A DNA stretch of 64,000 bases from NCBI GenBank assembly GCA_026134025.1, contig JAOQII010000001.1:12451-76450 (forward strand). The letters run 5' to 3'. Positions 31,739 through 41,916 of this stretch are shown here, one piece after another. Source of the stretch: Candidatus Syntropharchaeum sp. GTDB taxonomy: Archaea; Halobacteriota; Syntropharchaeia; Syntropharchaeales; Syntropharchaeaceae. A model generated the notes under the pieces. It saw only the letters and a program-made list of their open reading frames with translations. It did no database searches and was not told where the DNA came from. How positions within the stretch are numbered: the stretch's first letter is position 1; the number at the start of each line of letters is the position of its first letter. The translations under genes were made by a program, and so were the position numbers.

Positions 31739-32475
31739 CCAATCACCGCCCTTATCAAATCATACCTATCTATAATTCCAATAAGTCGCTCTTTATCCAA
31801 AACAGGAAGCCTACCAATATCATACTTTAACATCAACTCAACCGCCTCATTGAGTCTTGAATCTGGCGAGACCGAATGGACCGTTGTGGTCATAACACGC
31901 TTAACAGGAGGGGGGTTAGCCTTTCCAAGCTTCGATCTTGCTCTTATCAGATCTCTCCGCGTGAGAATGCCAACAAGCTTATCTTTTTCATCAAGCACAG
32001 GGAAACCAGAATACCCATATTCAGCCATATTAGAAGCAGCGATTGAGATGGGATCATCTGTTTTTAGTGTCCTGACCTTTTTGGTCATTATTGAGCCCAC
32101 AGATGTATCCGATGCCCTGGAGGGAAGTGCACGAAGCAGATCCTTGAGATTGACAATTCCAACAAGTTTACCGTCCTCTGTAACTGGAAGCTCATCAAAC
32201 TCCCCCTCAATCATCCGCTTTGCAACATTGTTGAGATCTTCATCAGCACGTGCGGCATACCCTTCTCTGATAAACCCTTTCACCGTCACGTTCGACTTGG
32301 TTGCCGCTCTGAGCTTCAGGATATCCTCGTCAGTTATAATACCAAGGAAACTCCCCCTGTCATCAACGATGGGAAGTACCCTTAGACCACGATCACGGAT
32401 GATCTGGCGAGCTTTCGTTAGATATTCGTCCTCACGAAGAGAGATAACGCTCCCCATTATATCTTTTATATTCAC
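31735..32475 (-). CDS. CBS-domain protein (4 CBS)
   Basis: LPIVD, GIITDED, GFPVLD, GRLPV, GIIDRYDL. Confidence 0.9.
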   Translation of the reverse strand: MNIKDIMGSVISLREDEYLTKARQIIRDRGLRVLPIVDDRGSFLGIITDEDILKLRAATKSNVTVKGFIREGYAARADEDLNNVAKRMIEGEFDELPVTEDGKLVGIVNLKDLLRALPSRASDTSVGSIMTKKVRTLKTDDPISIAASNMAEYGYSGFPVLDEKDKLVGILTRRDLIRARSKLGKANPPPVKRVMTTTVHSVSPDSRLNEAVELMLKYDIGRLPVLDKERLIGIIDRYDLIRAVIG

Positions 32476-32493
32476 GCTATACCTCCAGACTTT

Positions 32494-33075
32494 TCATTCT
32501 ACCTGGAGTTCTTCGCGGCAGGTCTCACAGAGCATCATGCCACCCACTACCTCGAGATTGCTTGAGAACGTCCCACAATTTTCACAGATCCCCTGTCCTG
32601 TTCCATACTCAGAGATCTTTTCTGGCATACCTTCGTGTAAGAAGGCGGTGTCTGAGTTCATCTCAATAAGATCGGTCAGAATTGTATTCATCCCTGTGCA
32701 GGTGACGATTATATCAACATCTGCGACAATCCCAACAAGTTTCCCATCCTCGATAACGGGCATCTTGCGGATGCCGCGTCTGTACATATTCTTTGTGACC
32801 GTGTTCAGATCTTCTAAAGGTGTTGTAGTTATAAGCGGCGAGGTCATTATCTCCTTTACAGGCGTGGAATTTGGACTCTTTTCTTTTAGTATAACATTTC
32901 GCACAATATCGCCATGTGTTACGATCCCAACAGGTTTTGTCGATTCAAGGATAATCACGCTGTCCACGTTTCGATCCTCCATAAGCTTTGCTATCTCTCT
33001 CACCGTTGCACCGGTCTCTGCTACCACAACATCCCTTATCATGATGTTTTTTACCGCGAGTCGCGTATCCATCAT
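32494..33075 (-). CDS. CBS-pair protein with C-terminal Zn ribbon
   Basis: VKEIMTSPLIT, RKMPVI; GICENCG...LCETCRE. Confidence 0.9.
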   Translation of the reverse strand: MMDTRLAVKNIMIRDVVVAETGATVREIAKLMEDRNVDSVIILESTKPVGIVTHGDIVRNVILKEKSPNSTPVKEIMTSPLITTTPLEDLNTVTKNMYRRGIRKMPVIEDGKLVGIVADVDIIVTCTGMNTILTDLIEMNSDTAFLHEGMPEKISEYGTGQGICENCGTFSSNLEVVGGMMLCETCREELQVE

Positions 33076-33305
33076 TTCAAGTGACCTCCCTAATATATCA
33101 TTAACGACTCAGGAGTTAATAAAAGTGTGTATCGCAAACTGAGTGTGTAATCTGATATTTATTTCGCACTATCAGATGATCAAAGAGTTCAGAGAAACAG
33201 GCGAAAGTGGAACCTGCGGTAAGGATAAAGCACCCTCGAATGGAAAGAGAGAGCGGTTTGCTTTGGAGTCGTTCTCATAAGAAAAGATATTTTGAACTCA
33301 CTCAT

Positions 33306-33992
33306 TCAAAGCTCGATTGCCCCTTTATCAATCGCATCCTTTGCTGCATTCTTCTCTGCTCGCTGGATATTTTGACCCGCTCCCCTGCCAAGTTCACGTC
33401 CTTGAATCCTTACAATGACCTCGAAACGCGAATCAGACTCGATATCACCCTCCGAGACAACGATATACTGAGGAATCCCGATTCCCTGCTTCTGAAAATA
33501 CTCCTGAAGCATGCCTTTGTGGTTCGGTTCAATTTCCTTATCGAGCTTATCGCCCAAAAGATCAATTAAAACCTTTCTTGTCTCATCAAATCCAAAATCC
33601 AGATAGATTGCACCGATTAAAGCCTCGAAGACACCTGCCATTACCCTGACACTCTTCGTCTTATCCGCACCCAGAAGCAGAAACTCCTCGACCCCGAGCT
33701 TTTCTGCAATATCTGCCAAAGTCTCGTTATTCTCAATTCCAGCCTTTCTTATCGTCAGATCTCCTTTTGAATCCGTCGGGAATCGCCTGTAAAATTCCTC
33801 GCTCAGTATGAGCTTAAGGACGGCATCACCGAGAAACGCAAGCCGCTCATTGTTGCCAGGCGTTGAGCCTTCGAGATTGAATGAGCTATGTGTAAAAGCG
33901 TCCTCGTAAGGAGTTATATCTTTATCCTCAAGGTCAATTGGGAATCTCTTCTCGATGAACTCCCTTATAACATCCATTCTATCTTTTGCCAC
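33306..33992 (-). CDS. rnc: Ribonuclease III family protein with dsRBD
   Basis: AFTHSS, NERLAFLGDAVL, FEALIGAIYLD, KGMLQEY.Q, GRG..I..AE..AA. Confidence 0.88.
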   Translation of the reverse strand: MAKDRMDVIREFIEKRFPIDLEDKDITPYEDAFTHSSFNLEGSTPGNNERLAFLGDAVLKLILSEEFYRRFPTDSKGDLTIRKAGIENNETLADIAEKLGVEEFLLLGADKTKSVRVMAGVFEALIGAIYLDFGFDETRKVLIDLLGDKLDKEIEPNHKGMLQEYFQKQGIGIPQYIVVSEGDIESDSRFEVIVRIQGRELGRGAGQNIQRAEKNAAKDAIDKGAIEL

Positions 33993-34083
33993 TCAAAAAT
34001 TCCTCGTGTTTTCGCTTTGCATTCTCAAGCACCTTCAGGATGTCGGATTCTGCATTCTCTGAGATTCTACCTATCCTGTATCC
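33979..34083 (-). pseudogene. Start-less 34-codon open stretch, probable 3' gene remnant
   Basis: GYRIGRISENAESDILKVLENAKRKHEEFLSGKR*, protein-like, overlaps the rnc start and begins right after the ACAD TAG. Confidence 0.4.
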
Positions 34084-35628
34084 CTAAAAGAGGTCATCTC
34101 TGTCAACCCAATCAGGGATATATCTGTACCAATCTATCGGCTTTGCATCCTGTAATCCCTTAAAAGTTGCTCTTGCAAGCTTTATATCACCTTTTCTGCC
34201 TCGGTAGGAGATAGCAAGCCCTTTATCCTCCAGTTTCTCAAGGGTTTTGGAGATGCTTTCAAGCGATGCCCCCGACTCCTCAACCAAATCTTCTATCGCC
34301 ATGTATAGCCCTGGGTTAACCCGGTAGTTCTCGGCTAAAAGCTCAAGAAGCGTATCCTCTCTTATCTCACCGTTTCCAGATGCATTCCCCTCGTAGAACC
34401 CATGCGTCATCGGAACGCCAAGCTCTTCATTGATCTTTCGTCTTGGTGCTTTCAGAAGCGGTTCAAGCGCGTTTAAGCCGAAGCGATAGATTACAACCTT
34501 CATGATCTCGCTTGTTGTGGGTGCAAGCTGTGTGATCTTTCCGTTTCTAACATAAGACTCAACAGGGTAGAATTTTGTAAGCCCATCCCCGCCCATGAGC
34601 TGTGTCGCCTCAAGGAAGACCTTCATCCCCTCCTCGGTATTGAAGTACTTTGCGATCGCTGCATCAAAGGCAGGATCTTCCCCGAGATCAAAGAGGTGTG
34701 CTGCATGGTATGTCAGAATGCGTGAAGCCTTGTACCGCACGATGATATCCGCGAGCTTGAACTGGTTTGTCGGAAGATCGATCGTAGGAGCTTTGAACTG
34801 AACCCGCCTTTTTGTATGGAAGAGTGCATACCGCAGGGCTTCTGAGATCCAGCCAAGTTGATTTGCAGATGCGAGTGTCCGCTCGTAGTTTGCCATTCCC
34901 ATCAGAACCTTCCAGCCCTCGCCCACCTCACCGATCATCTGATCTTTCGGCACCCTCACATCGTTAAAGTCAAGATACCCGTTGTAGATGTTATCAAACC
35001 CGATAAGCTCGTTTATACGCTCAATCGTGAATCCAGGTGTTCCAGCTCGTATAAGTACCATCGAGAGGTGCTTATGACGTTTGATCAGTTCTGGATCATC
35101 TGATGTTTTAACAAGAAGCATGTAGAAATCGGATACGCCAAGTGATGTAATGTATCGTTTCTTACCGTTTATTACAATCTCATCACCATCTATTCTACCT
35201 GTCGTCTCCATCGCTGCTGCATCGTTCCCAACATACGGCTCTGTTACGGTGAGTGAACCAAGATACTCGCCAGCTGCCATCTTTGGAAGTAGCTCTTTCT
35301 TGAGTTTGTCTGAGCCGAATTTGAGTATCATTCTGGCATCACACATCGTGACAACGTACTGCATACTGATCTGTCCAAGCCTTGCAAGCTCTTCGATGAC
35401 GATACACGAGCCTGTATAACCGTAATCTGAAAGTTTACCACCGTATTCTTCAGGAATTATTGTCCCAAGCCATCCACGCTCTCCCGCTTCCTTTAAAAAC
35501 TCCAGCGGGTATTTTCGCTTCCAGATAAGCTCCTCAGACCTTCCAATCCTCTCATCGACAAATGCCCTCACATCACGAGAAAGCTCGATCTGCGTATCAC
35601 TCCACCAGGGATATGTATTTATCTCCAT
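34084..35628 (-). CDS. Acyl-CoA dehydrogenase with C-terminal winged-helix-like domain
   Basis: IPEEYGG, TEPYVG.D, INGKKRYIT, RRVQF, QLMGGDG; ~120 aa extension with IEDLVEESGASLESISKTLEKLEDKGLA. Confidence 0.85.
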   Translation of the reverse strand: MEINTYPWWSDTQIELSRDVRAFVDERIGRSEELIWKRKYPLEFLKEAGERGWLGTIIPEEYGGKLSDYGYTGSCIVIEELARLGQISMQYVVTMCDARMILKFGSDKLKKELLPKMAAGEYLGSLTVTEPYVGNDAAAMETTGRIDGDEIVINGKKRYITSLGVSDFYMLLVKTSDDPELIKRHKHLSMVLIRAGTPGFTIERINELIGFDNIYNGYLDFNDVRVPKDQMIGEVGEGWKVLMGMANYERTLASANQLGWISEALRYALFHTKRRVQFKAPTIDLPTNQFKLADIIVRYKASRILTYHAAHLFDLGEDPAFDAAIAKYFNTEEGMKVFLEATQLMGGDGLTKFYPVESYVRNGKITQLAPTTSEIMKVVIYRFGLNALEPLLKAPRRKINEELGVPMTHGFYEGNASGNGEIREDTLLELLAENYRVNPGLYMAIEDLVEESGASLESISKTLEKLEDKGLAISYRGRKGDIKLARATFKGLQDAKPIDWYRYIPDWVDRDDLF

Positions 35629-35692
35629 AATCTCACCACCAATAGTCTCCTGGTGTATCTTATTTAGATCTTATCATCTCTGAGCTTCAAAA

Positions 35693-38482
35693 CTACCTGT
35701 AAAGCAGATCAAACTTATCTCCTTCAATCTCTGCATGCGCGGCCGCGAGTCTTGCGATCGGAACTCTGTATGGTGAGCAGCTGACATAATCTATCCCTGC
35801 ACTGTTGCAGAACTTGATCGATCGTGGCTCACCCGCCTGTTCACCACAGACACCGATCTTTATATCAGGTCTTGTCTTTCTCGCCCACTCGATCGTGACG
35901 AGCATCAGCCTGCCAACACCTCTGACATCGAGTATCTCAAACGGGTTGTCCTGCAGTATCCCCCGCTCATTGTAGAGTGGCAGAAACTTGCTCTCTGCAT
36001 CCTCGCGTGAGAACGAGAATGTCGCCTGTGTGAGGTCGTTTGTCCCAAACGAGAAGAAGCTTGCAACCTCAGCCAGCCTCCCTGCCCGCATGCACGCCCT
36101 GACAACCTCGATCATCGTACCAAACTTATACGCTACCCTGACACCTCTTGCCCCTTCAATCTCGCTGGCCACACGCTCTACTATATCATGAACCCACTTG
36201 AGCTCCTGAGCAGTGCAGACCTGTGGAACCATAATCTCCGGAGAAACCTCCAGTCCTTCCTTTGCCACCTCAACTGCAGCCTCCAGTATCGCTCTGATCT
36301 GCATCTCGTATATCTCGGGGTACGTGATACCTATCCTCACCCCTCTGTGTCCGAGCATTGGATTGACCTCTGAAAAGGCAGCAATCTTCTCCAGCGCATG
36401 TTCTTTTGAGCTTATGAGCATATCAAGGAGTTCCTTGTCCTCAAGCTTTATCACATCGCATATGATCTCCTGTATCTGTGGAAGGTACTCAAATAACCTG
36501 TAATCCAGGACTTTTGTGAGATTTGGCGCAGCTTCAAGCTTATTCAGGACTGCCTTTAACTCTAAAAGCATCTGGAGTTCCCTCTCAATATCTTCGGTTC
36601 GTGGCAGAAACTCATGCAGGGGTGGATCCAGAAGTCTTATCGTAACTGGCAGATCCCGCATCACCCTGAATATCGCTATAAAATCTTCCCGCTGCATTGG
36701 AAGTAATTTGTTGATCGCACTCTTTCGCTCTTCTTCTGTCTCAGCCATGATCATCTGCTGAATCACAGGGAGCCGCTCTGGCAGATTGAACATGCGCTCT
36801 GTCCTGCAGAGACCCACGCCCTCACAGCCAAACTTCACGGCAAGTGCTGCGTCTTCTGGCGTATCGATGTTTGTCCTGACGCCAAGTTTCCTGATCTCAT
36901 CCGCCCAGTTCAGGAGCGTGAAAAGTTCATCTGAGATATCAGGCTCGATCATATCGACCTCGCCCAGAAATACATTGCCACCGCTTCCATCGATGGTTAT
37001 AATATCATCCTGTCTTATCGTAACATCACCGATCCTTGCAAACCCAGCTTCCTCATCGATCAGGATCTCTTCTGCACCACAGACACAGGGTTTGCCCATC
37101 GCCCTTGCAACAACAGCAGCATGGCTTGTCTTCCCACCGCGACTCGTCAGTATCCCCTGAGCAGCAAAGAAACCATGAATATCCTCTGGCTTCGTCTCAG
37201 TCCGCACCAGTATTACTTTTTGCGCCAGTTTTCCACGTTTATCTGCCTCATCGGCATCAAAGATAGCCCTACCAGTTGCAGCACCCGGGGAGGCTGCGAT
37301 CCCTTTTGCAACAGGTGTTGAGGTATCATTTGGATCGATACGCCGATGCATCAGTTGCTCGATGACATCAGGTTTTACCCTGTGAACCGCCTCTTCTTTT
37401 GTGAGAAGTCCTTCTTTCACCATATCAACCGATGTCCTGACCCATGCATTTGGCCCCAACTTTCCGTTTCGAGTTTGAAGGATATACAGCTTCCCTCTCT
37501 CGATTGTGAACTCAAAATCCTGAACTTCAGAATATCTCTCTTCCAAGATTTTTCTAACTTTCAGCAACTCATCATACATTGCGGGCATCTCTTTCTTGAG
37601 CTCAATTATTGGCTTCGGCGTTCTAACTCCCGCAACAACATCCTCGCCCTGGGCGTTCAGGAGGTATTCACCATACAGGACATTCTCACCTGTGGAAGGA
37701 TCTCTGGTGAAAAGAACACCTGTTGCTGAGGTATTTCCCATATTACCAAAGACCATTGTGCAGATATTCACCGCGGTGCCGTTGGCGATATCTTCTGTGA
37801 TATTGAACTCCCTTCTATAGTCGATCGCTCTTCTACCATTCCAGGACTCGAAGACTGCTTTAATCGCAAGCTCCAGTTGTTTAAATACATCTGATGGGAA
37901 GTCTGCCTTTGTCTCTCGCCTGCAGATCTCCTTGTAGTCTTTTACCAGACTTTTGAGAGATTCAACATCGAGTTCATGATCATACTGGACTCCTTTCTTC
38001 TTCTTGTACTCATCCAGAATATCGTAAAATTCTTTCTCATCCAGACCCAGTGCAATATTGCAGAAGAGTGCTATAAATCGCCTGTACGCATCATACGCAA
38101 AGCGTTCATCACCCGTAGCATCTGCAAGACCCTGGACCGTTGCATCGTTCAATCCCAGATTCAGGATCGTATCCATCATACCTGGCATCGAGACCGCTGC
38201 GCCAGATCTTACAGATACGAGAAGCGGATTCTTCACATCTCCAAATCTCTTACCAGTGAGCTCTTCACATACTTTTATATTCTCCTTAACCTCGTCAAGA
38301 AGCCCCTCTGGAAGTTTGTTCCCATTTTTAGAATATTCAAGGCATGCTTCGGTTGTGATAACAAATCCAGGTGGAACTGGAAGCCCGATCTGCGTCATAT
38401 CACAGAGTCCAGCGCCTTTACCACCAAGCAAACGTTTGTTTGTACCATCACCTTCGGTGAACAGATATACAAATTTAGTCAT
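35693..38482 (-). CDS. ppdK: Pyruvate, phosphate dikinase
   Basis: LGGKGA, VSVRSGA..SMPGMMDT, GGKTSHAAVVAR, SFGTNDLTQ, GVCGE. Confidence 0.97.
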   Translation of the reverse strand: MTKFVYLFTEGDGTNKRLLGGKGAGLCDMTQIGLPVPPGFVITTEACLEYSKNGNKLPEGLLDEVKENIKVCEELTGKRFGDVKNPLLVSVRSGAAVSMPGMMDTILNLGLNDATVQGLADATGDERFAYDAYRRFIALFCNIALGLDEKEFYDILDEYKKKKGVQYDHELDVESLKSLVKDYKEICRRETKADFPSDVFKQLELAIKAVFESWNGRRAIDYRREFNITEDIANGTAVNICTMVFGNMGNTSATGVLFTRDPSTGENVLYGEYLLNAQGEDVVAGVRTPKPIIELKKEMPAMYDELLKVRKILEERYSEVQDFEFTIERGKLYILQTRNGKLGPNAWVRTSVDMVKEGLLTKEEAVHRVKPDVIEQLMHRRIDPNDTSTPVAKGIAASPGAATGRAIFDADEADKRGKLAQKVILVRTETKPEDIHGFFAAQGILTSRGGKTSHAAVVARAMGKPCVCGAEEILIDEEAGFARIGDVTIRQDDIITIDGSGGNVFLGEVDMIEPDISDELFTLLNWADEIRKLGVRTNIDTPEDAALAVKFGCEGVGLCRTERMFNLPERLPVIQQMIMAETEEERKSAINKLLPMQREDFIAIFRVMRDLPVTIRLLDPPLHEFLPRTEDIERELQMLLELKAVLNKLEAAPNLTKVLDYRLFEYLPQIQEIICDVIKLEDKELLDMLISSKEHALEKIAAFSEVNPMLGHRGVRIGITYPEIYEMQIRAILEAAVEVAKEGLEVSPEIMVPQVCTAQELKWVHDIVERVASEIEGARGVRVAYKFGTMIEVVRACMRAGRLAEVASFFSFGTNDLTQATFSFSREDAESKFLPLYNERGILQDNPFEILDVRGVGRLMLVTIEWARKTRPDIKIGVCGEQAGEPRSIKFCNSAGIDYVSCSPYRVPIARLAAAHAEIEGDKFDLLYR

Positions 38483-38559
38483 ATTTATCCCCCCTTCTTC
38501 CTGTTTATTTATGTTTATATATTATAAATATTTTGGTAGATGATGACCAGGTGGCAGGT

Positions 38560-39678
38560 TTAGCTCTGATGAGAGGGTCTTAAACCTTTTTTCAGTACCT
38601 CTTCGATCAGATCGAGCGGTGCATCACTCTTGAAACCTGTTCCCGAAAAGTGAACCCCTGTGGCTTCAAACCCGAGGTCTCGAAGTTCCTTGATGAGATA
38701 ACCGATCTTTGATGGTGTCACGCCAAGTCGCTTGCAGAGTACATGATGATCATAGAAGAACGGAAGGTCCATCTCACCTGAAAGGCGTTCAAGAAGCTTC
38801 ATCTCTTCAGATCGCCTCCTGAATCCTGATGCTTCGAGATAGTGAATGGCTTTAGCTGCGATATCCTCGCTGAATATCCTTCCAAGATACATGGGGCCTG
38901 TAAACTTAAGTCGTCCTCCACACCTCAAACAACGGCGTGGTGCTGCACCAAGAAGATCCTGCACCGCCTCCCTGAAACCGCATCCAGAACAGTGAATTAT
39001 GTATCCCATCTTCGCTATCACGTGATCGGTTTTTCTCGCTCCAGGTTCAATCTCGATAATCAGCCTTATGAAGTGACGCTTTGCGTAGCATAATATCGGG
39101 TGCAATCCCTTCTCATGTCGCATAAGATCCCTTGCAACCCTTCCAAGAAGAATCCTCAAGCCCACCTCACGGTGATACTCTGTGTTAAGCCCAACAGCAT
39201 CGTACTTCTGTATCCCTCCGCGGTGTGACCCGCATAGAGGTGCGGTATCGGTTGCTGTAACAAGAAGAAATCGCCTCACAGAGAAGGATGCCGCATCAAG
39301 TATCCATGATGGAGAGCCGAAAGGATCAAGATCGACAATATCATACCGCCTCTTAAGGAGTGAAACTCTACAATCCTCGTTCAAAACCTCTGCATCAACC
39401 CTATTCAGCCTCTTATTTTCGAGTATGCAACCAAAAGCTTTTTTACTTCTGTCATTGAGCGTAATATCTCTGAGTCCAACCTCCCTTGCAACCCTTAACC
39501 CCCTTACCCCTGATGCTGCAAGTGCATCGATGTAGGAAAGCTCATCTCTAAGACCCAGGGCGTTCAGTGTGGCTACATCAATATCCCTCGTCACCTCCAT
39601 CTCAGGGTTGTAGAAGACCTTGCCATCTGCAGGAATTTTTAGCTGTATCCTCCCCTCAGAAAAGACGTTCCAGCTCAT
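38560..39678 (-). CDS. trm1: tRNA (guanine26-N2)-dimethyltransferase
   Basis: VFYNP, DALAASGVRGLR, DLDPFGSP, VTATD, EVGLRIL. Confidence 0.94.
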   Translation of the reverse strand: MSWNVFSEGRIQLKIPADGKVFYNPEMEVTRDIDVATLNALGLRDELSYIDALAASGVRGLRVAREVGLRDITLNDRSKKAFGCILENKRLNRVDAEVLNEDCRVSLLKRRYDIVDLDPFGSPSWILDAASFSVRRFLLVTATDTAPLCGSHRGGIQKYDAVGLNTEYHREVGLRILLGRVARDLMRHEKGLHPILCYAKRHFIRLIIEIEPGARKTDHVIAKMGYIIHCSGCGFREAVQDLLGAAPRRCLRCGGRLKFTGPMYLGRIFSEDIAAKAIHYLEASGFRRRSEEMKLLERLSGEMDLPFFYDHHVLCKRLGVTPSKIGYLIKELRDLGFEATGVHFSGTGFKSDAPLDLIEEVLKKGLRPSHQS

Positions 39679-40651
39679 CCGCGTACCTTAAGGTTAGATC
39701 TCTTGTGCGTTCGCCCATCCAGCTTTTTTTGATGAACGCTGGATATATCGCAAGCCTTTCTTTCAGCCTGTGTGGAGCAATTAACTTCTCAAGCTCCTTT
39801 ATGATCGGCCATGGGGCTTCAGGATTTATGTAATCCAGGGTGAGGCTCGATATTCCGCCAAGATCATTGGCACCGCATTCGATGAGCCTCTCAAAAGATG
39901 TGAGGTTTGGTGGAACCTGTATCGCGACGTCCTCTGGGAGTATACGTCGTGCCTCAACCACCGTATCCCTCATCTCATCAAAGGTGGGTGGGGTGCACAT
40001 CGACATCCTTGTATAGGGCTTTGGATGGAAGGGCTGGATTATTACCTCCTGGATATGCCCAAACTCCTCGTGAATCCGTGCAATCTCATTTAAAGAGTTG
40101 ATCCGATCCTCCTTTCTCTCACCAATGCCGACAAGTAAGCCTGTCGTAAATGGAATCCTGAGCTTACCTGCGTTCTCGATCATCTCAATTCTGAGTGCAG
40201 GATCTTTACCAGGCGATCTTTTGTGAGCTTCGATCTTTGCCGTCGTCTCAAGCATGAGACCCATACTTGCATTGAAAGGTTGCAGACGCTTTAGATCTTC
40301 ATAATCCAAAATCCCTGGGTTGCTGTGTGGAAGAAGCCCCTCATCTATCGCCATTTTGCAGAGTTCGATCAGATAATCTGTCATGCTTGTGTACCCAAGC
40401 TCATTTAATAGGAGCTTACCTGCATCTGTCTTCTCTATTTGCTCCCCGAATGTAAATAACGCTTCCTTTTCACTACCCCTTCGTGCCAGAATGGCTCTAA
40501 CCTCATGAGGTGGCATCAGATAGGCTTCACCGCTCTCAAAAGTTCTCTTAAATCCACAGTATGCGCAATCGTTCCTGCAGAGGTTTGTAACAGGTACGAA
40601 TATGTTCTTTGAGTATGTAACGGTAGATGGATGCATAGGTTTATACCCCAT
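39656..40651 (-). CDS. cofG: FO synthase subunit CofG (radical SAM)
   Basis: TYSKNIFVP.T..CRNDCAYCGF, SMGLMLET, IPFTTG, QVPPNL, DYINPE. Confidence 0.95.
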   Translation of the reverse strand: MGYKPMHPSTVTYSKNIFVPVTNLCRNDCAYCGFKRTFESGEAYLMPPHEVRAILARRGSEKEALFTFGEQIEKTDAGKLLLNELGYTSMTDYLIELCKMAIDEGLLPHSNPGILDYEDLKRLQPFNASMGLMLETTAKIEAHKRSPGKDPALRIEMIENAGKLRIPFTTGLLVGIGERKEDRINSLNEIARIHEEFGHIQEVIIQPFHPKPYTRMSMCTPPTFDEMRDTVVEARRILPEDVAIQVPPNLTSFERLIECGANDLGGISSLTLDYINPEAPWPIIKELEKLIAPHRLKERLAIYPAFIKKSWMGERTRDLTLRYADELERLF

Positions 40652-40669
40652 TCGTGACTCATAAATCTT

Positions 40670-41830
40670 ATGGCTCGCAAAATTGGTTTCTCCACGATAT
40701 CAATTCATGGGAGGGAAAGACGGAAGCAACCTTATGGATCGCTTGTTGAACCGATCTTTCAGAATACGACCTTTCTGCTTGATGATCTCAAAGATCTTGA
40801 AGGCATCATAGCAGGGCATGGGTTCATCTATACCCGTGTCGGAAATCCAACCCAGATGATACTTGAAGAACGCATGGCACACCTCGAAGGTGGTGAGTCG
40901 GCCCTTGCGTTTGCATCTGGTATGGCAGCGATCGCATCAACGATGATGACACTACTTAAGAAAGGAGACCACATCATATCAGATGAGGTAATTTATAGTT
41001 GCACCCACGATCTCTTTGATGGGTTCGCGTCAAGACTGGATATCGATGTAAGCTACCTCGATCTATCAGATCCATCGAACCTTGAGGGTGCAATAAAAGA
41101 GAATACAAAGCTTATATTCTTTGAGACCCCTGCAAACCCGACGATGAAGCTTGTTGACATTAAAAAAATTTCTAATATTGGAAGAGAGCATAATCTGAGG
41201 GTTATAGTGGATAATACGTTTGCAACACCTTTTATCCAGCGTCCGCTTGAGCTTGGAGCTGATATCGTCATTCACGCTGCAACGAAGTATCTCTGCGGAC
41301 ATGGTGATACGATCGGAGGCGTTCTTATTGGGGATCAGGAGCTTGTAAACTCAGTTAGAGGAGGAGGTTTGAAGGATTTTGGAGGGTGTATAAGTCCGTT
41401 CAATGCATGGCTTCTCATTCGTGGGTTGAAGACGCTCGGTGTTAGGATGAAAGAACATACCAAAAACGCAAACGAGGTTGCACGCGCACTCGAGGAGGAG
41501 GAATCGGTTGAGTCGGTTCTATATCCAGGGCTACCATCTCATCCACAGTATGAGCTCGCAAAGGAGCAGATGAAGTACGGTGGAGGGATGCTCGCGTTTC
41601 TCATGCGAAGTGAGGATGATGTCAGGCGGCTTCTTGGCAGGGTCAAGCTGTGTTCGCTTGCGGTGAGTCTCGGAAGTGTTGAGACGCTGATTGAGCAACC
41701 TTACTCAATGACGCACAGGGGCTATCCAGAGAAGGAAAAGCTTGGGATAGATGCGCGGCTTGTCAGGCTCTCTGTCGGGCTTGAAGATGTAGAGGATATC
41801 ATAGCAGATCTCAAGGATGCGATGGAATGA
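40670..41830 (+). CDS. PLP-dependent trans-sulfuration enzyme (methionine gamma-lyase/cystathionine gamma-synthase family)
   Basis: YTRVGNPT, FASGMAAI, ETPANP, DNTFATP, ATKYLCGHGD, AVSLG, RLSVGLE. Confidence 0.9.
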   Translation: MARKIGFSTISIHGRERRKQPYGSLVEPIFQNTTFLLDDLKDLEGIIAGHGFIYTRVGNPTQMILEERMAHLEGGESALAFASGMAAIASTMMTLLKKGDHIISDEVIYSCTHDLFDGFASRLDIDVSYLDLSDPSNLEGAIKENTKLIFFETPANPTMKLVDIKKISNIGREHNLRVIVDNTFATPFIQRPLELGADIVIHAATKYLCGHGDTIGGVLIGDQELVNSVRGGGLKDFGGCISPFNAWLLIRGLKTLGVRMKEHTKNANEVARALEEEESVESVLYPGLPSHPQYELAKEQMKYGGGMLAFLMRSEDDVRRLLGRVKLCSLAVSLGSVETLIEQPYSMTHRGYPEKEKLGIDARLVRLSVGLEDVEDIIADLKDAME

Positions 41831-41916
41831 TCGATGAAATCTACGATTAACCAGTTCGATTTCTTTTTTTCACATTCGAGAAACTTCATATACCTCCATG
41901 ACGAGATGCAGAATAA

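Noticed and set aside
31679-33142. 487-aa plus-strand ORF
   Set aside because: Antisense shadow of the CBS genes; Ser/Ile-rich composition typical of reverse frames, no motifs
33176-33280. 34-codon ORF (MIKEFRETGESGTCGKDK...) or multi-stem RNA between the CBS cluster and rnc
   Set aside because: No SD or clear TATA, stems only 3-5 bp; cannot be distinguished from chance
36380-36600. Helical insertion in PPDK
   Set aside because: This region is length-variable among PPDKs; no evidence for a separate domain or intein
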